From assembly GCA_965644295.1 (NCBI GenBank), contig CBFFRP010000414.1, forward strand, positions 1 through 64,000: a stretch of DNA of 64,000 nt, read 5' to 3'. The DNA comes from Paraphysomonas bandaiensis. Lineage: Eukaryota > Protista > Chrysophyceae. Position 1 is the first letter of the stretch. Every line of letters begins with the position of its first letter. The notes beneath the pieces are model-generated. The model was given only the letters and a program-made list of their open reading frames with translations, was not told the origin of the DNA and searched no databases. The position numbers were made by a program, and so were the translations under genes. Positions 13,231 through 25,063 of the stretch are shown here, piece by piece.

Positions 13231-15939
13231 ATGTTCATCTTCCTATCCCTCCTATCTCATCTCTATCTCTCGATAGCCTCTCCATTAGCTTTAACATGGG
13301 AAGAACGCTGTACTACTATAGCTATCGGTCCTATGGCTACAACAGACGGTTCAACGATGTGTACAGATACAATGGATTGTGCAGATTGTGATTGGCGGAT
13401 GGGAAAAGTTGAAGCACGTGATTGGCCAGAGGGGTCTATGCGCCCTATATATGGGGAGAGCAGTCAGTACCCGAGATATATACGTGAAGACAGAGGAACC
13501 ACATGGTCGATAGCTAATCTTGAGGATGATCCTGTGTTAAAGGTGACTGGGGATATTAGATCTTATATTTAATGTCATGACGGTGTAATTAGAGTGAATG
13601 GGTGGATAACCAAACCCCAATTATAGGATATATTCCTCAAGTGCCCCACACATATGCATTATTGGAGGGCTTATATGGATACATGAACGAGCATCAAGTG
13701 TCTATGGGAGAGTCCACCTGTGCAGCGAAGCTCTTTGCAGGGCCAGTAGGATGGCAAGACGGAAAAGCCCTCTTGAATATCGGCGAACTTATGCAAATAG
13801 GCCTCGAGAGAGGACGCACTGCGAGAGAGGCCATTCAGGTGTACAATTGATCTGTGATAGTAGTGGTGTAGTCGAAATAGGAGCACATAGCTAATATATA
13901 TACTGGTTTGCAGATCATGGGAGATGTGGCAATGGAGTACGGATTTTACGGTGAATCATATGACCCTGTGCAGTATGGTGCTGCATACGTAATGGGAGAA
14001 GCTGGGGAAGGCTTAACTGTGATCGACCCAACGGAAGCATGGATATTCCACATCTTGCCTGACGACACCGGCACCAAGGCCGTGTGGGTGGCTCAACGTG
14101 TACCAGATGACCATATAGCTGTCATTGCTAACACTTTCGTGATTCGTGACGTAGATCCCGATTCTCCTGACTTTATGTACTCGGATAATATTTTCGAAGT
14201 TGCAGAAAGGCAAGGATTTTGGAATTCCAATGATGGGAAACCCTTAGATTTTAAATTGACGTACGCACCCCAAAGATACCATCCTGAATATAGCAATAAC
14301 CGCCAATGGAGAGTATTTTCATTGGCTAATCCGTCAGCAATGCTGAGCATTGAGACTAATGCCAATGCGGACGACTATCCAGTAACAATGCAAGTCGATC
14401 ATAAGATTTCACTAGAAGAAATGATATCATACCAGAGAGATGTGTACCAAGGTATTTACACTACTGTTGAGGTGTATGCCTGTGTATGCCTGCATGATAG
14501 CGGAAATTTGAGTATTTTTTACTATTCGTGTATGTAAGAGGGTAATTTTCCTCAGGCACAGAATTGGATCTCACGACCGGGCTTGCTGCAGGGCCCTATG
14601 GGGATCCGAACAGATACCAAAATAATGGCTGGGGAAATATGACAATTTGGGATACCTTGGATGGTACATTTCCTAGGGCAATTTCGATATTCAGGTGTAG
14701 TGACGATGAATGTATTTGGCTCACCAAATTCTGCATTAAGTGCTGTTCATATTGTTCTATTTTACTTGCCAACCGCTGGAAGCTAATTCTCTGATTTGTA
14801 GAACTTCTACTTCAATCGTTGCTCAAGCTCGTGCTTACGTTCCGAATGAATTGGGACTAGTTTGGGTTTCCCAATATGAGCCTGATGTCGCACCATATGT
14901 ACCAATGTATGTCGCTACTGCTGGGGTATCATCTCACTGGTCTTCTGGATCAATGCATGTAAGTACCGTATGTTAGGACTATAGTACATGGACTGTATCA
15001 TATATTAAAAATTGCTGTGTGCTAATTGTAAAGGGTCGTGATGATGTAGTACTCACATTTATTGTTAAATATTACAGAAGTACGATATTGAAGTGGCGTG
15101 GTGGAACTTCTGTGTAGTTGGAAACTACGTGGCGAGATACTACCACTTTGCCATTGAAAGTGTTCGTGAATTGCAGCAAAAAGTTCATGGAAAATTATCT
15201 GCAGATTTAGTCGATATGGAGACCCGTTTGCTTCATGAATTGAAAGGAAACAGCACTGAAGGTATGAATGTGTAATATTCAGCGCAGTTCGAATTGCTAA
15301 ACTTTTCCCCAAGGCACGAAACTGAGTGTCGTAGATACTCTTACTCAATTCACCATTGGAGCTGGTGACTATGCCTCGAATGCTTGGAAAGAATTGTTTC
15401 CTTATCTTCTTGCAACATATCGTGATGGATATGTTGTGACGAATAAAGAACAAAGTGCAAGTGTAAAATTGACCGCAAGTAAGTTGTCCATTCCGAATAT
15501 CGCATAGATGATGGCATTGAATTACTATGCACTTTGGCTACTGATATATATATATTTTTGTTTTGGAATTCGCATTACATAAAGTATTGTTGAGTTATCA
15601 CTGTTCGCAGTACGCATTAAGCGCTGCACCTTATCCATCATGTTTTAAAATGTACCTCATCTTGACTATTCTACAGTGTTTTATCCACGTTGGTGGCTAG
15701 AAGCGGTCGGGTACTTTGAGCACCCTGGAAATTCTGACCCCGCGGCTATCCTTTTTACTCCGAATCCCTACGCGATACACACTAGTACTAACTCCGTCAC
15801 CTTTACTACGTTACTGATGTCTGTCACATTCTCCGCGTTTATATTTTCTGCGGCTGGGTTCGCGATAGCAAAAAGGAAGTATAACCGTCATGGGTACAGT
15901 AGCATTGATCAGAACATCATAACGGAAATTAATTTGTAG
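13231..15939 (+). CDS. Peptidase family C69 (dipeptidase/secernin-like Ntn hydrolase), secreted type I membrane protein, ~8 exons
   Basis: Signal peptide then CTTIAIG (N-terminal nucleophile Cys), MNEHQVSMGEST, GLERGRTAREAI, WVAQRVPDDH, GPYGDPNR and FYPRWWL, with a C-terminal TM helix. Several ORFs are joined by GT-AG introns. Confidence 0.88.
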
Positions 15940-16185
15940 GGTTAATTAATTTGAGCTTCTAAAGCTTAGTCGTATTACACGTGAAAATATTTTAATGGCG
16001 TAATATATAATATTCACAATCTTTCCCAATACTTTGCTACATACAGAAATCTTTGTATTCCATGGAGATTACGTTGGTTAAGATTGCACACTCTGTACAA
16101 TTAACTTAGTAGCAATATGTAAGTGTTGCGAAAGCAAAGGCGGGAGCAATTACCCTTTCATCATGAATTGTACGGTTGTACATAT

Positions 16186-16922
16186 CAGGGCTGTGTAACA
16201 ATTAATTGCAATTTAATTGTGCCAATTATTGTCTGATTAACTTAGTTACTCATTGCAAACACGTATAGCATCTTCAACCGTATGATGATATAATTGATAG
16301 AGTATGATATTTACATGGTCAAAACTTAAATATCAGGTTTTCGTCTGATTATCCTGATTATAAAACAGTAAAAATCCCTGATCATCCATGTCCATACCGC
16401 TGCACATCCAGTTCGTAGTGAACACCAACCCTGCAGTGTCCTGTAAGGCATCCAGGATCGGAAGAACATAATTACCACACTACATAATATATATAGATAT
16501 ATATCTTCAACTAGAGGGGTATTGAGCATTACATATACACTATTCGATTAGGGTTAGATCGAGCTAAACTAAGTTTTGTAGCTCAAAGTCAAGAGGAAAG
16601 ACACATAGTCGACGGTTCAAAAAATCAGTACCTTTCTTAAAGAAAACGTTATAATGAGAGGCCAACCTTCCCACTATTGTAATAGCCATTGTAATAGCCA
16701 TTAAGGAAAAAAAATGGCATTCGTCCTTAATGTTTTGCAACTTCTAATTATAATATTATGCGCTCTTATACTATATATATATAGATAATAATTGCCAATT
16801 AATGGCTATTTAATTGCAACCTTACAGCGAGCAATTATAATTGCAATTATTACGTATATGGTCCATGCAATTTAATTGCAATTACAATTCATTGCAATTC
16901 AATTAATTGTTACGCAGCCCTG
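16186..16922. mobile_element. Non-autonomous hAT element/MITE (737 bp)
   Basis: TIRs cagggctgtgtaacaattaattg and caattaattgttacgcagccctg; 8-bp TSD gtacatat (16178-16185) / gtacgtat (16923-16930); subterminal caatt/aattg arrays. Confidence 0.88.
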
Positions 16923-17018
16923 GTACGTATAGAATATTGACTAGTGTACATCTGTACATCTACTACGATTCATATACATGAGCAATGAGCACGGTTCGTA
17001 CGTTTGTACAGTTCCTTA

Positions 17019-17590
17019 CAGGCCAGTCAACAATGTATTGCAAGCAACAATAAATAATAATATTTTCAAGACCAGTAAAAATTAATAAATATGTTGCAAT
17101 ATATTGCATTATATTGATATATATTGGGCGCTACGAAGAAGAAATTAGCTCGATCAGTAGTAAGTAGTTAGTAGAGGTTACAACATAATGGTGAAAACCC
17201 AATAACAATGCAGCAACTAGCACTCTACGAGTTCCAACTCTTCGTCACTGTCGTCCTCATTCTTATAATCCGACAGTCCATCATCGATGACCTGTTGCAC
17301 TGTCTTTGTGGTCTACAAGTGCTTATGGAAGCGAAGGAACAGCAGCGGTTCGAGGTGTCGTAGGGGTCATTCCTTTTCGCAAGTGTGCCATGATGATCTT
17401 TACTCTGCTGAACAAAAACGCTCCACAACGTTAGTGTTGTACTGAATATGTGCTTGGTTGATCGATACTGGCTGTCAAGCTGTTGTCGTAATCCATGGAA
17501 GCTCTGTGGCTTGGTAGCTCTAAAGAACTTCCTTATCCCTGACACTATGAATCGCCATACAGCATCATAGAATTTAGAACTCGCCAATGT
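17019..17590 (-). pseudogene. Decayed hAT transposase C-terminus (hATC dimerisation domain) plus terminus
   Basis: Across frameshifts the minus strand reads QYRSTKHI..TNVVER(L)FSRVKIIMAHLRKGMTP..LEPLLFLRFHKHL*..VIDDG, matching the hAT S/TNxVERLFS...MTP..LE.LLFL pattern. Terminus caggccagt at 17019. Confidence 0.7.
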
Positions 17591-18163
17591 ATACCATTTG
17601 TTCTGTGCTAATAATAAGAACCGACTACCTCCGAACGAACCATAGCGAGCCTAGGGTTATACGCTTAACATAGTTATCATTCATATAAACATATACGAAA
17701 GCTGAGAAACATTCATTACTTAGAATTCAAATAACTGTATTACAGTTTTTTGTAGTCCGCATCAGACGAGTGATGTTATTAGACTTTGTAATACTATACG
17801 AATTCTCTAGATCTCCCAACAATGTTTTATTATGTAGCACTTAGGCACTAACCACAAAAAAAAGTGTTTCAAAACCATTTAATTAAGCATTGATGTATAT
17901 ATCCCGCTTATCTTATTGCTGTGTTGTAAATTCATAAGATATACCAACACAATAGACAGATGTATACGTATGGCATGGAAATGTCTCTATCACACGAAAA
18001 TCAAAATAGTAAGCGAAGTGCAAACGCCACAAGAAATTGTGTCTGTCAAAACAAACCACAAGTACACTAAGTAAAGCGTATGTATCTATATCACTCATCT
18101 ACACTAGAATGAATCGTCTACAAAACTGAATTTCTCAACATAGTATCATGGTCCAACAACAAC

Positions 18164-20222
18164 TTACGACTTTTTGTAACCGTGTTGCTTCTTCAGGGAT
18201 GCTTTATATGCCCTAATATCGCCGTCAAAAACTTTTAATCCATTGTCAACTACCCAGATTTCTTCAGCGACTTGTGTAAGTAATCTAAAATCGTGCGATA
18301 TCACCACCACGCCGCCATTGAAATTATTTATCGCCTCTGCCATACTGTCGATGAGCTCCATATCAGCCGCGTTAGTGGGCTCGTCGAGAAGTAATAAGTG
18401 GGGGTTGTGCAAGGCAATATCACAGAACACTAAACGGGTTTTTAGACCGTCACTGAGATTCTTTATCGGCTGCATGTGATAGTCAGAGGGTATACCATAG
18501 GTCCCTACAACTGATCTCCACTCTTCAAGACGATTGGATGGATATCTTTTCTGGAACTTTTTAGAGATGTAGTCAACCGGAGATAGGTTCTCGTCAAGCA
18601 TTTCCGCAGAATGTTGGTGATACCTCCCAACAGACATCCCAGGGCGCATACTGATGGAGCCTTCACATGGTCCCATTTCACCGACAATCAACTTAAGAAG
18701 AGTCGATTTACCTATATGAGAGTATTAGAATTATAGTAAAGGCAGAGCACAGACGCATCAACAACATTGTATTTAACTCACCAGCTCCATTAGGTCCAAC
18801 TAGCACAATTCTAGAGGTTGGATGAATTCCAAAGCTCACATCTTCAAAGAGATAATCCTTCTTCAATCCCGAATATGAAAATGCGACTTCAGAGAAAGAA
18901 ATTAATGGTGGTGAAAGAACACCAGCATCAGCAAAGCGGAATCGAAATTTCGGCTCTTCATAAGGCATCTGAATTAGCCCTTCAGCCTCCATCTTATCTA
19001 GAATTTTCTGACGAGATTTTGCTTGACGGACGAGATTGGCGTAAGTACCGCATGATGCAATAAATGCCTTGATGTCGGCAATCTCCTGTTGCTGTTTCTT
19101 GTAGAGCTTCATAGTATTCGTATCTTGCTCTGTACGGGTCTGCACATACTGGTCATAATTACCAGACCAGTATCGCAGTTTCTGCTGTTGCATAACCATC
19201 ATGTCCGTACAGACGCCATTCAGGAAATCCTGGGAGTGAGAGATGACAACAAGGATCTTGGGATAAGTGGAAAGGTAATCCTCGAGCCACACACAAGCCT
19301 CGAGGTCCAACTGTACAAAGCATTTAGTAAATTACAACATAGGTTAATGTGAGGCTTACATGGTTAGTAGGCTCGTCTAACAAAAGAATAGAGGGTGCCA
19401 AAAACAGTGCCTTGGCGAGAGCGACTCTCATCCTCCATCCACCAGACATATCTTTCGTCTTCTTTTGAATATGAGCGCCACCCATACCCGGTTCCTCGGT
19501 CGCCTTGAAGCCAAGACCTACATAGAGGCACACATGCAAGTCAAACCCGGAAACGAAAACATACTGAAGTCGATAGTACTCATGTACAAAGACTTACCAA
19601 CTAAAATGGTAGATGCCCTGGTCTCGAAGGTGTCTGGGTCCAACTCATCTTGCCTATCATAGAGTTGGAGAAGCGTTTCTGACTCAGGTCCTTCTGATAC
19701 TAAAATTTCTTCGATCATGGCGTCAATCTTGGCTATTTCCTCTTGGGCAGAGTCAATGACATAAGCCAAAGCAGTTTGCTCCGACGGTTCAGCCTCATGA
19801 GACAGTAGATACACATCAAAGAGGTCAGGAATAGGAACTTCCCGTGCGGCCATGCATTTAAGAAAGGTACTCTTTCCGCAGCCATTACGGCCAATCAGAC
19901 CGTACCGACTACCGTGATTTAGCTCGATGGAAGTGTCTTCAACCAAATTTATTCCGTGCAGTGCAAGAGAAAAGGCAGATATTTTGATATCACGTGCTCT
20001 TGGCTCGCTAGTCAATATGCCCGTTGCAATACGACCTCCATCATCCTCTTCCACTTTTTTGGCCATGGCAGACATATCAAATACAGTCTCCTGTCCAGCC
20101 TGAACTAACTTTACCACATATATAACTCGATATCAAGTCACTCCTACCTCCGCCGCAGCTGCTGCTTTCTTGGCAGCCTTCTCTCTCACCTTCTTCTCCT
20201 TCTTCGGTCTATCCTTTGGCAT
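18164..20222 (-). CDS. ABCF2: ABC-F family ATPase (ABCF2/Arb1-like), ~5 exons
   Basis: Two ABC cassettes ([25 protein letters not shown] and [19 protein letters not shown]), linker [10 protein letters not shown], no TM segments. ATG at 20222 (MPKDRPKK). Confidence 0.93.
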
Positions 20223-20912
20223 TATCAATAAGTTTTAAGTGTAACTAACTTTAAATATATGTCAGTCACTTATTATACTGCTGGTTTCTTGGAATTGATA
20301 GCCATGAAATCATTTGTTCAAATGAATGGATGAGCCTCATAACTGGCAAATGATTGGCTGATAATCTTACTGAAACGGTAAAATTTGTATGAATCAGATC
20401 GTCAATATCGATCGTCATTGTATCTGATTGGCTGATATTGATTATGAAGTGACCACATATGTGTACAGAATGTCCTCTTGCGTGGACGTATTCTTGTGGT
20501 TGTATTTTTGTGTGGACAGAAAAGGAGTAACAAAAATCTAGTTTTAAGGTATAGAAAGTGGGGATATTAGCAAGTCAATGAGTTAAAAAACTGGAATTTG
20601 GAAAAAGCAGATGTATGCCTGTACTGTACCCAGTCTGGGTTCTAATTTCCCTAGTTTCTATATAATTATTGATTAAAAATACAAAATTAGGATTTTATAT
20701 ATTCTATTCACTAGAAAACACGGAGATGCAGTCTACTCGTACATATATAGTCCGCGGCCTTATAAAAACACGTATAGAAACCAGCAGCAGGGTGACATAT
20801 AGGAGTATGTTGTGGCTGAGAGGGGCATTAAACAGTCCACTGCACACCTGTATATTAATCCATCAAATATATGCATACCATCAATTCAATTACATCATAT
20901 CATAACAGTCGA

Positions 20913-22550
20913 ATGATATCATGCATAAGAACTCTCCGTCAGTGCAACAGGAATCGTATAAGTCAACCACAGCGCTCTATTACTTTAGGCAGAGCCTCAA
21001 CAGTTGGAACGAGATATTTCTTAACACAATCAAAGCTACAAATGCATCATAGATTGAAAGTATCAAATCTATATATTAATCCTGTTATTGTGAGCTCTCC
21101 GATGGGTGGAGCTCGTGTAGATAAGAGTGTAGAGGCACTGTATCATGGAGCTGTATTACAGAACCGTTCCAACTGTATATATGTCTATGCCAATAAAGAA
21201 GATGGAGTGTGGTCATCTCAATATGTGAAAGATATTGTTGAGGCTGGTGTTGATCGAGAAGGTTTAGTTACTGTAGCAGATATAGGGAAGGTTAGAACCA
21301 AAGATGACATATTAAGAACTCTTGAAGAGGCCTGGAAATTAACTGATCAAGAATATATTGATATAGCCATTATGGAGGTATCAAACACACTACTGTTACA
21401 CATAAATACGTTGTTTTGAGGATATCCCGTTGTGCTTGTTATATGTGGCTGTATATCAAAACTATACGACGACTATTGTATCTGAATAATATAGTGATGT
21501 ATCTGCATTCAGTTCGACGATCACTGGAAGAATGGATTTCATGGCGATTACCAAGGAAGCATGCAGCTTATGGAAGAATTATGTGAAAAACAAATATTGC
21601 ATGCATATGGGTTTTCTTTGTTTATCGAACCGTTCACTCAACATACTCCACCTGTCGGAGGGTAAGCATTGTTGGTAAAAAGTCATCGCTTGTCTAATAC
21701 GTATACTGTGTTCTAGACACTGGAAAAATGTGATGACCCCGATTCAATTGGAAAGTGAAATTCGGAATAATCTTCCTCACTGTGAGCTCGTTGTGTATCC
21801 GTTGTCTCCATCAATAGCGCTTTCCACGGCTACGTCTATGTTACCGCACAGCGCAGAACACACTGCCGAAGACCTTCCTCCGGCGGGTAAGAATGTTGCC
21901 TACTGGAACAACACTGTGCACTAATTATCATACATGCGACTTCTAATGTAGCGGAGGAGCCACGCAACTTTACTCGAGTTGCTGCTGAGCCGCTGTCTTG
22001 CTACCGTGGCCACGGGCCTAGTGAACCTACCTTTGTGGACAATGTGGAATCTTCCGGGGTGTCTCCTGAAGCATTTGCCAGTGCTCTGCGTGCAGAAGAT
22101 GAGCGAAATAAAGAACGAGGAATATTAGGCGAAGAGAGTGGAGCTATACTTGAAGGTGATCCGGTTGTTCCAATGTTTCATGAGGTTCTACCTGCGGATA
22201 TGAGTGCAACATTTTGTGAGATATTTGATAAAGCCTGCCCTGCATTACGTTCAACACCTAAACTTGAACATAAGGTTTTACGAATAGTGATGTCTTATGG
22301 ACATGAAGTAGTACTTATTGAGCCAGAAATGGCATCATTGTTAGGAAAGTTGCCTCTTAAGTCTGCAGATATAGTATCTGTTGATGACGTAGCCTCTATA
22401 TTTGGTGGTTTTATGATATCGGAAGAAGTTGACCAAGCATTGAGAGAGACTGATATAGAGCAGGTCGAAAAAATGCTACCTAGTGAAAGTGGCCAAGATG
22501 AAAAACTGCTACCCAGTCAAATTGGTCGAGATAATGACCCTAAGGTGTGA
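20913..22550 (+). CDS. Uncharacterised protein, possibly a degenerate aldo-keto-reductase-like fold with a mitochondrial-type presequence, 4 exons
   Basis: ORFs joined by GT-AG introns (~21378-21512, 21662-21716, 21887-21951). Arg/Ser-rich N-terminus; GRASTVGTRYF and EYIDI resemble the N-terminal pattern of some AKR-like proteins (weak). Confidence 0.55.
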
Positions 22551-23244
22551 TATTTGTAGTCACTTTTGTAATGGAAATAATATTCGTAGTTGAATGTTTC
22601 GGTGGCCACTATTGGCCCAGGCTTTGACGTATTGGTAGAACTAAGAGTGTAATTGCACTAGAATCACGTTTTCTTTATGACTCGATCAGAAGTATAGGTG
22701 ACTACAACAAGATGTTAATGGTAAGATACATAAGCTCTGATACTAGTTTAAATTCAACATCGAACGATACATATGCATGTTGAGTTTTGCTGCTTGAGAG
22801 CAATTGAAAGCTGTAGTTCTAATGCATTTGAATTATGACCGTTACTACTTGAAGAATACAGTATTACATAAACTATTGAGATAGTAGAAATTAGAAATAA
22901 TAGTAGTGAAAAGGAAATAGACTCATGTCTATATAAGATCGTAGGAAAAAGATTGGTAGTTGGGTATAAATCAATAAACTATTAATAGAGATTGATCATA
23001 ATTTATAATTAAAGCATTCACCAGGTCGGTATTACCTCGAAAATTTTTTACACTGAATTCTACTATTAAACCTTGTGAAAATTGTTGTGTGCTTTTGTCA
23101 CGATAATTTGGGTTCAAATTTTCTTCCTGTTTCTAACTGCTTATACTGCGCTAGTATTGGCGCTTAACTCTGATATAGCAGTAGTGAGTGTGTTATTTTC
23201 TCGAATAGCGATTAAATGTAGAACTAATTTAGTATTGCTTAAAT

Positions 23245-23630
23245 CTGATACCCTATTCTTTAGCGCTACTTGTGCGTCACTGAAAGCACCGAGGTGCAAC
23301 CGCTTTCGCTCTCTGTCCTTAAGGTGAACTACCTGGGATGCTTGACTTCATTAGTAGGCAGCCCAATACCCAATACCCCGGATGCCCTAGAGTGAGGTAG
23401 ACTAATTCTCGGATGCCGGTTTATTCGTCGGGGACCAAAGACGTCTACTCAAGTGACACTAATTAGTGTCCCTTGTACCACACAAGCATGGGGCTATGAG
23501 TGTGTAGAGCAATACCTGCTGGTGGCTATATATATATATGCGACTCACGTTACCTTCTCGGAGAAATATCCCCAGTACTTATACCCCAAAACACTACGAG
23601 AAGGTGCGAGTCCGACTTTGTTGAAGGAAC
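23245..23630 (-). mobile_element. Diverged copy (E) of the HDV-ribozyme-headed non-autonomous retroposon
   Basis: The reverse complement begins ccttcaacaaagtcggactcgcaccttctcgtagtg and aligns with 49707-50080. Confidence 0.8.
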
Positions 23631-24059
23631 GCTAAGTTAAGCACTAAGTTGACTGTAAAATATCAGAGTTAAGCACTAGTCGGATAAATTGCAATGCTAA
23701 ATTAGTTCTAACTCCTGAACGCATTTTGATAAGAATAAGGCATTCACTGCTTGTCATAGCAAAAACTTTCGGTTAAAACAGAATAGCTACTCATGTTATC
23801 GAAGCAACATGCGACATGCATTCCGACATATTATGACTAACACACAGTATTGTATCTCGACTTTTGTTTGTGTAGTAATATAACCTTCTTGATAAAATTG
23901 TAATCAATTTTTTCATCATACCGCGCACCGTAGGTTTTAAAAAATATCTAATTCTCCCGTTCCAGCGCTATAATATTATAAAAAACGAATGTTTTGAGGT
24001 GTTGTTAAATTATACTTGTAATATCACAAGCTTGTTGAAGCCTATCGCTCTAGGAGCTA

Positions 24060-24381
24060 TCCTGTATTCTATGTAGCAATGAAATGAGGAATATACAGGA
24101 CTATACTATAGGAGTAGCTACTAAAAGTATACAAAAACCTGAAAATATAGTAGCATTTAAAGATGCAATTTGTAGAACAAAATGTTAGTGTTGGTGATTG
24201 ATGTGTCTCTACGTCTCTACGTCTCTACAATCATATTGCTACATCAACATAATTTCACTATATCTCTCTTAACGTAATTCAGTCAGTACTACGCTACTAC
24301 TAGTACATTTTAGTATTTAATAGCTACCCCTATATTGCAGTCCTGTAGGTTCTGTATTTCATTGCCACATAGAATACTGTA
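24060..24381. mobile_element. MITE-like element with ~70-bp imperfect TIRs
   Basis: gtattctatgtagcaatgaaat..caggact..taggagtagcta (24064-24121) is inverted relative to tagctacccctata..agtcctg..atttcattgccacatagaatac (24321-24377). The right end reads TA|CAGT on the minus strand (Tc1/mariner-like). Confidence 0.65.
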
Positions 24382-24384
24382 TAT

Positions 24385-24693
24385 TGAAAGTCTTGTTATA
24401 TAGCAATAGCCGTTAAAAACTTGTACCAATATAGTGGCTAGTTGAATGCTAGACATACTAGTTAGACCTCTACCCATAACTAATCAGCACGAATTCTATT
24501 ATCCTACTAATGTGCGTCGCCGCAAGCACCAAGGTGCGACCCATAGAATACTGGATGGTGGATGGCTACTAGCGATAGACTTGTACGCACGTAGCACGAA
24601 GGAGTTAGTTGTAGGATCTAGCTTGACCAGTCTTCATCTAACTACTCATCTGGTTTCGGTTTTTAACGTCTACTGCTAATAATAAGACTTTCA
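24385..24693. mobile_element. Two inverted 3' tails of the type-A retroposon
   Basis: 24385-24541 matches the reverse complement of ~50036-50198; 24630-24693 matches 50136-50198 on the same strand. Both ends read tgaaagtctt. Confidence 0.7.
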
Positions 24694-25063
24694 TATATTT
24701 GTAGTTTAATGTTTCATAGAGGTTTATGATTTTCAAGGTCCTTCGAGCTAGCTCTAGCAACCATTTTAAAGATAAACAGATTCCTGTCTATAATGAACGT
24801 ACTGGTTTATTATTCTAAAAAAGTGTCCGTGTTTTGTGTTGGAACAAAGTCTGAAGAAAAATATATCAATAATCCAATAATATTACAACTGTAACTGATT
24901 AATAGAGGAAGAGACCTCTATCATTTATCTATTTCGCAATCAGGTACATAACCACACATTACACATTATAGTGTAAAACCATAGACACACGTTAAAGCTG
25001 GCAGTCACGCAAACGAATTCTGACATAAGCAAATAGTTGCAGCTTGTGTTTCGGAACGCATAC

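Noticed and set aside
16547-16558. ttagggttag as a telomeric seed
   Set aside because: Fewer than two units, as expected by chance.
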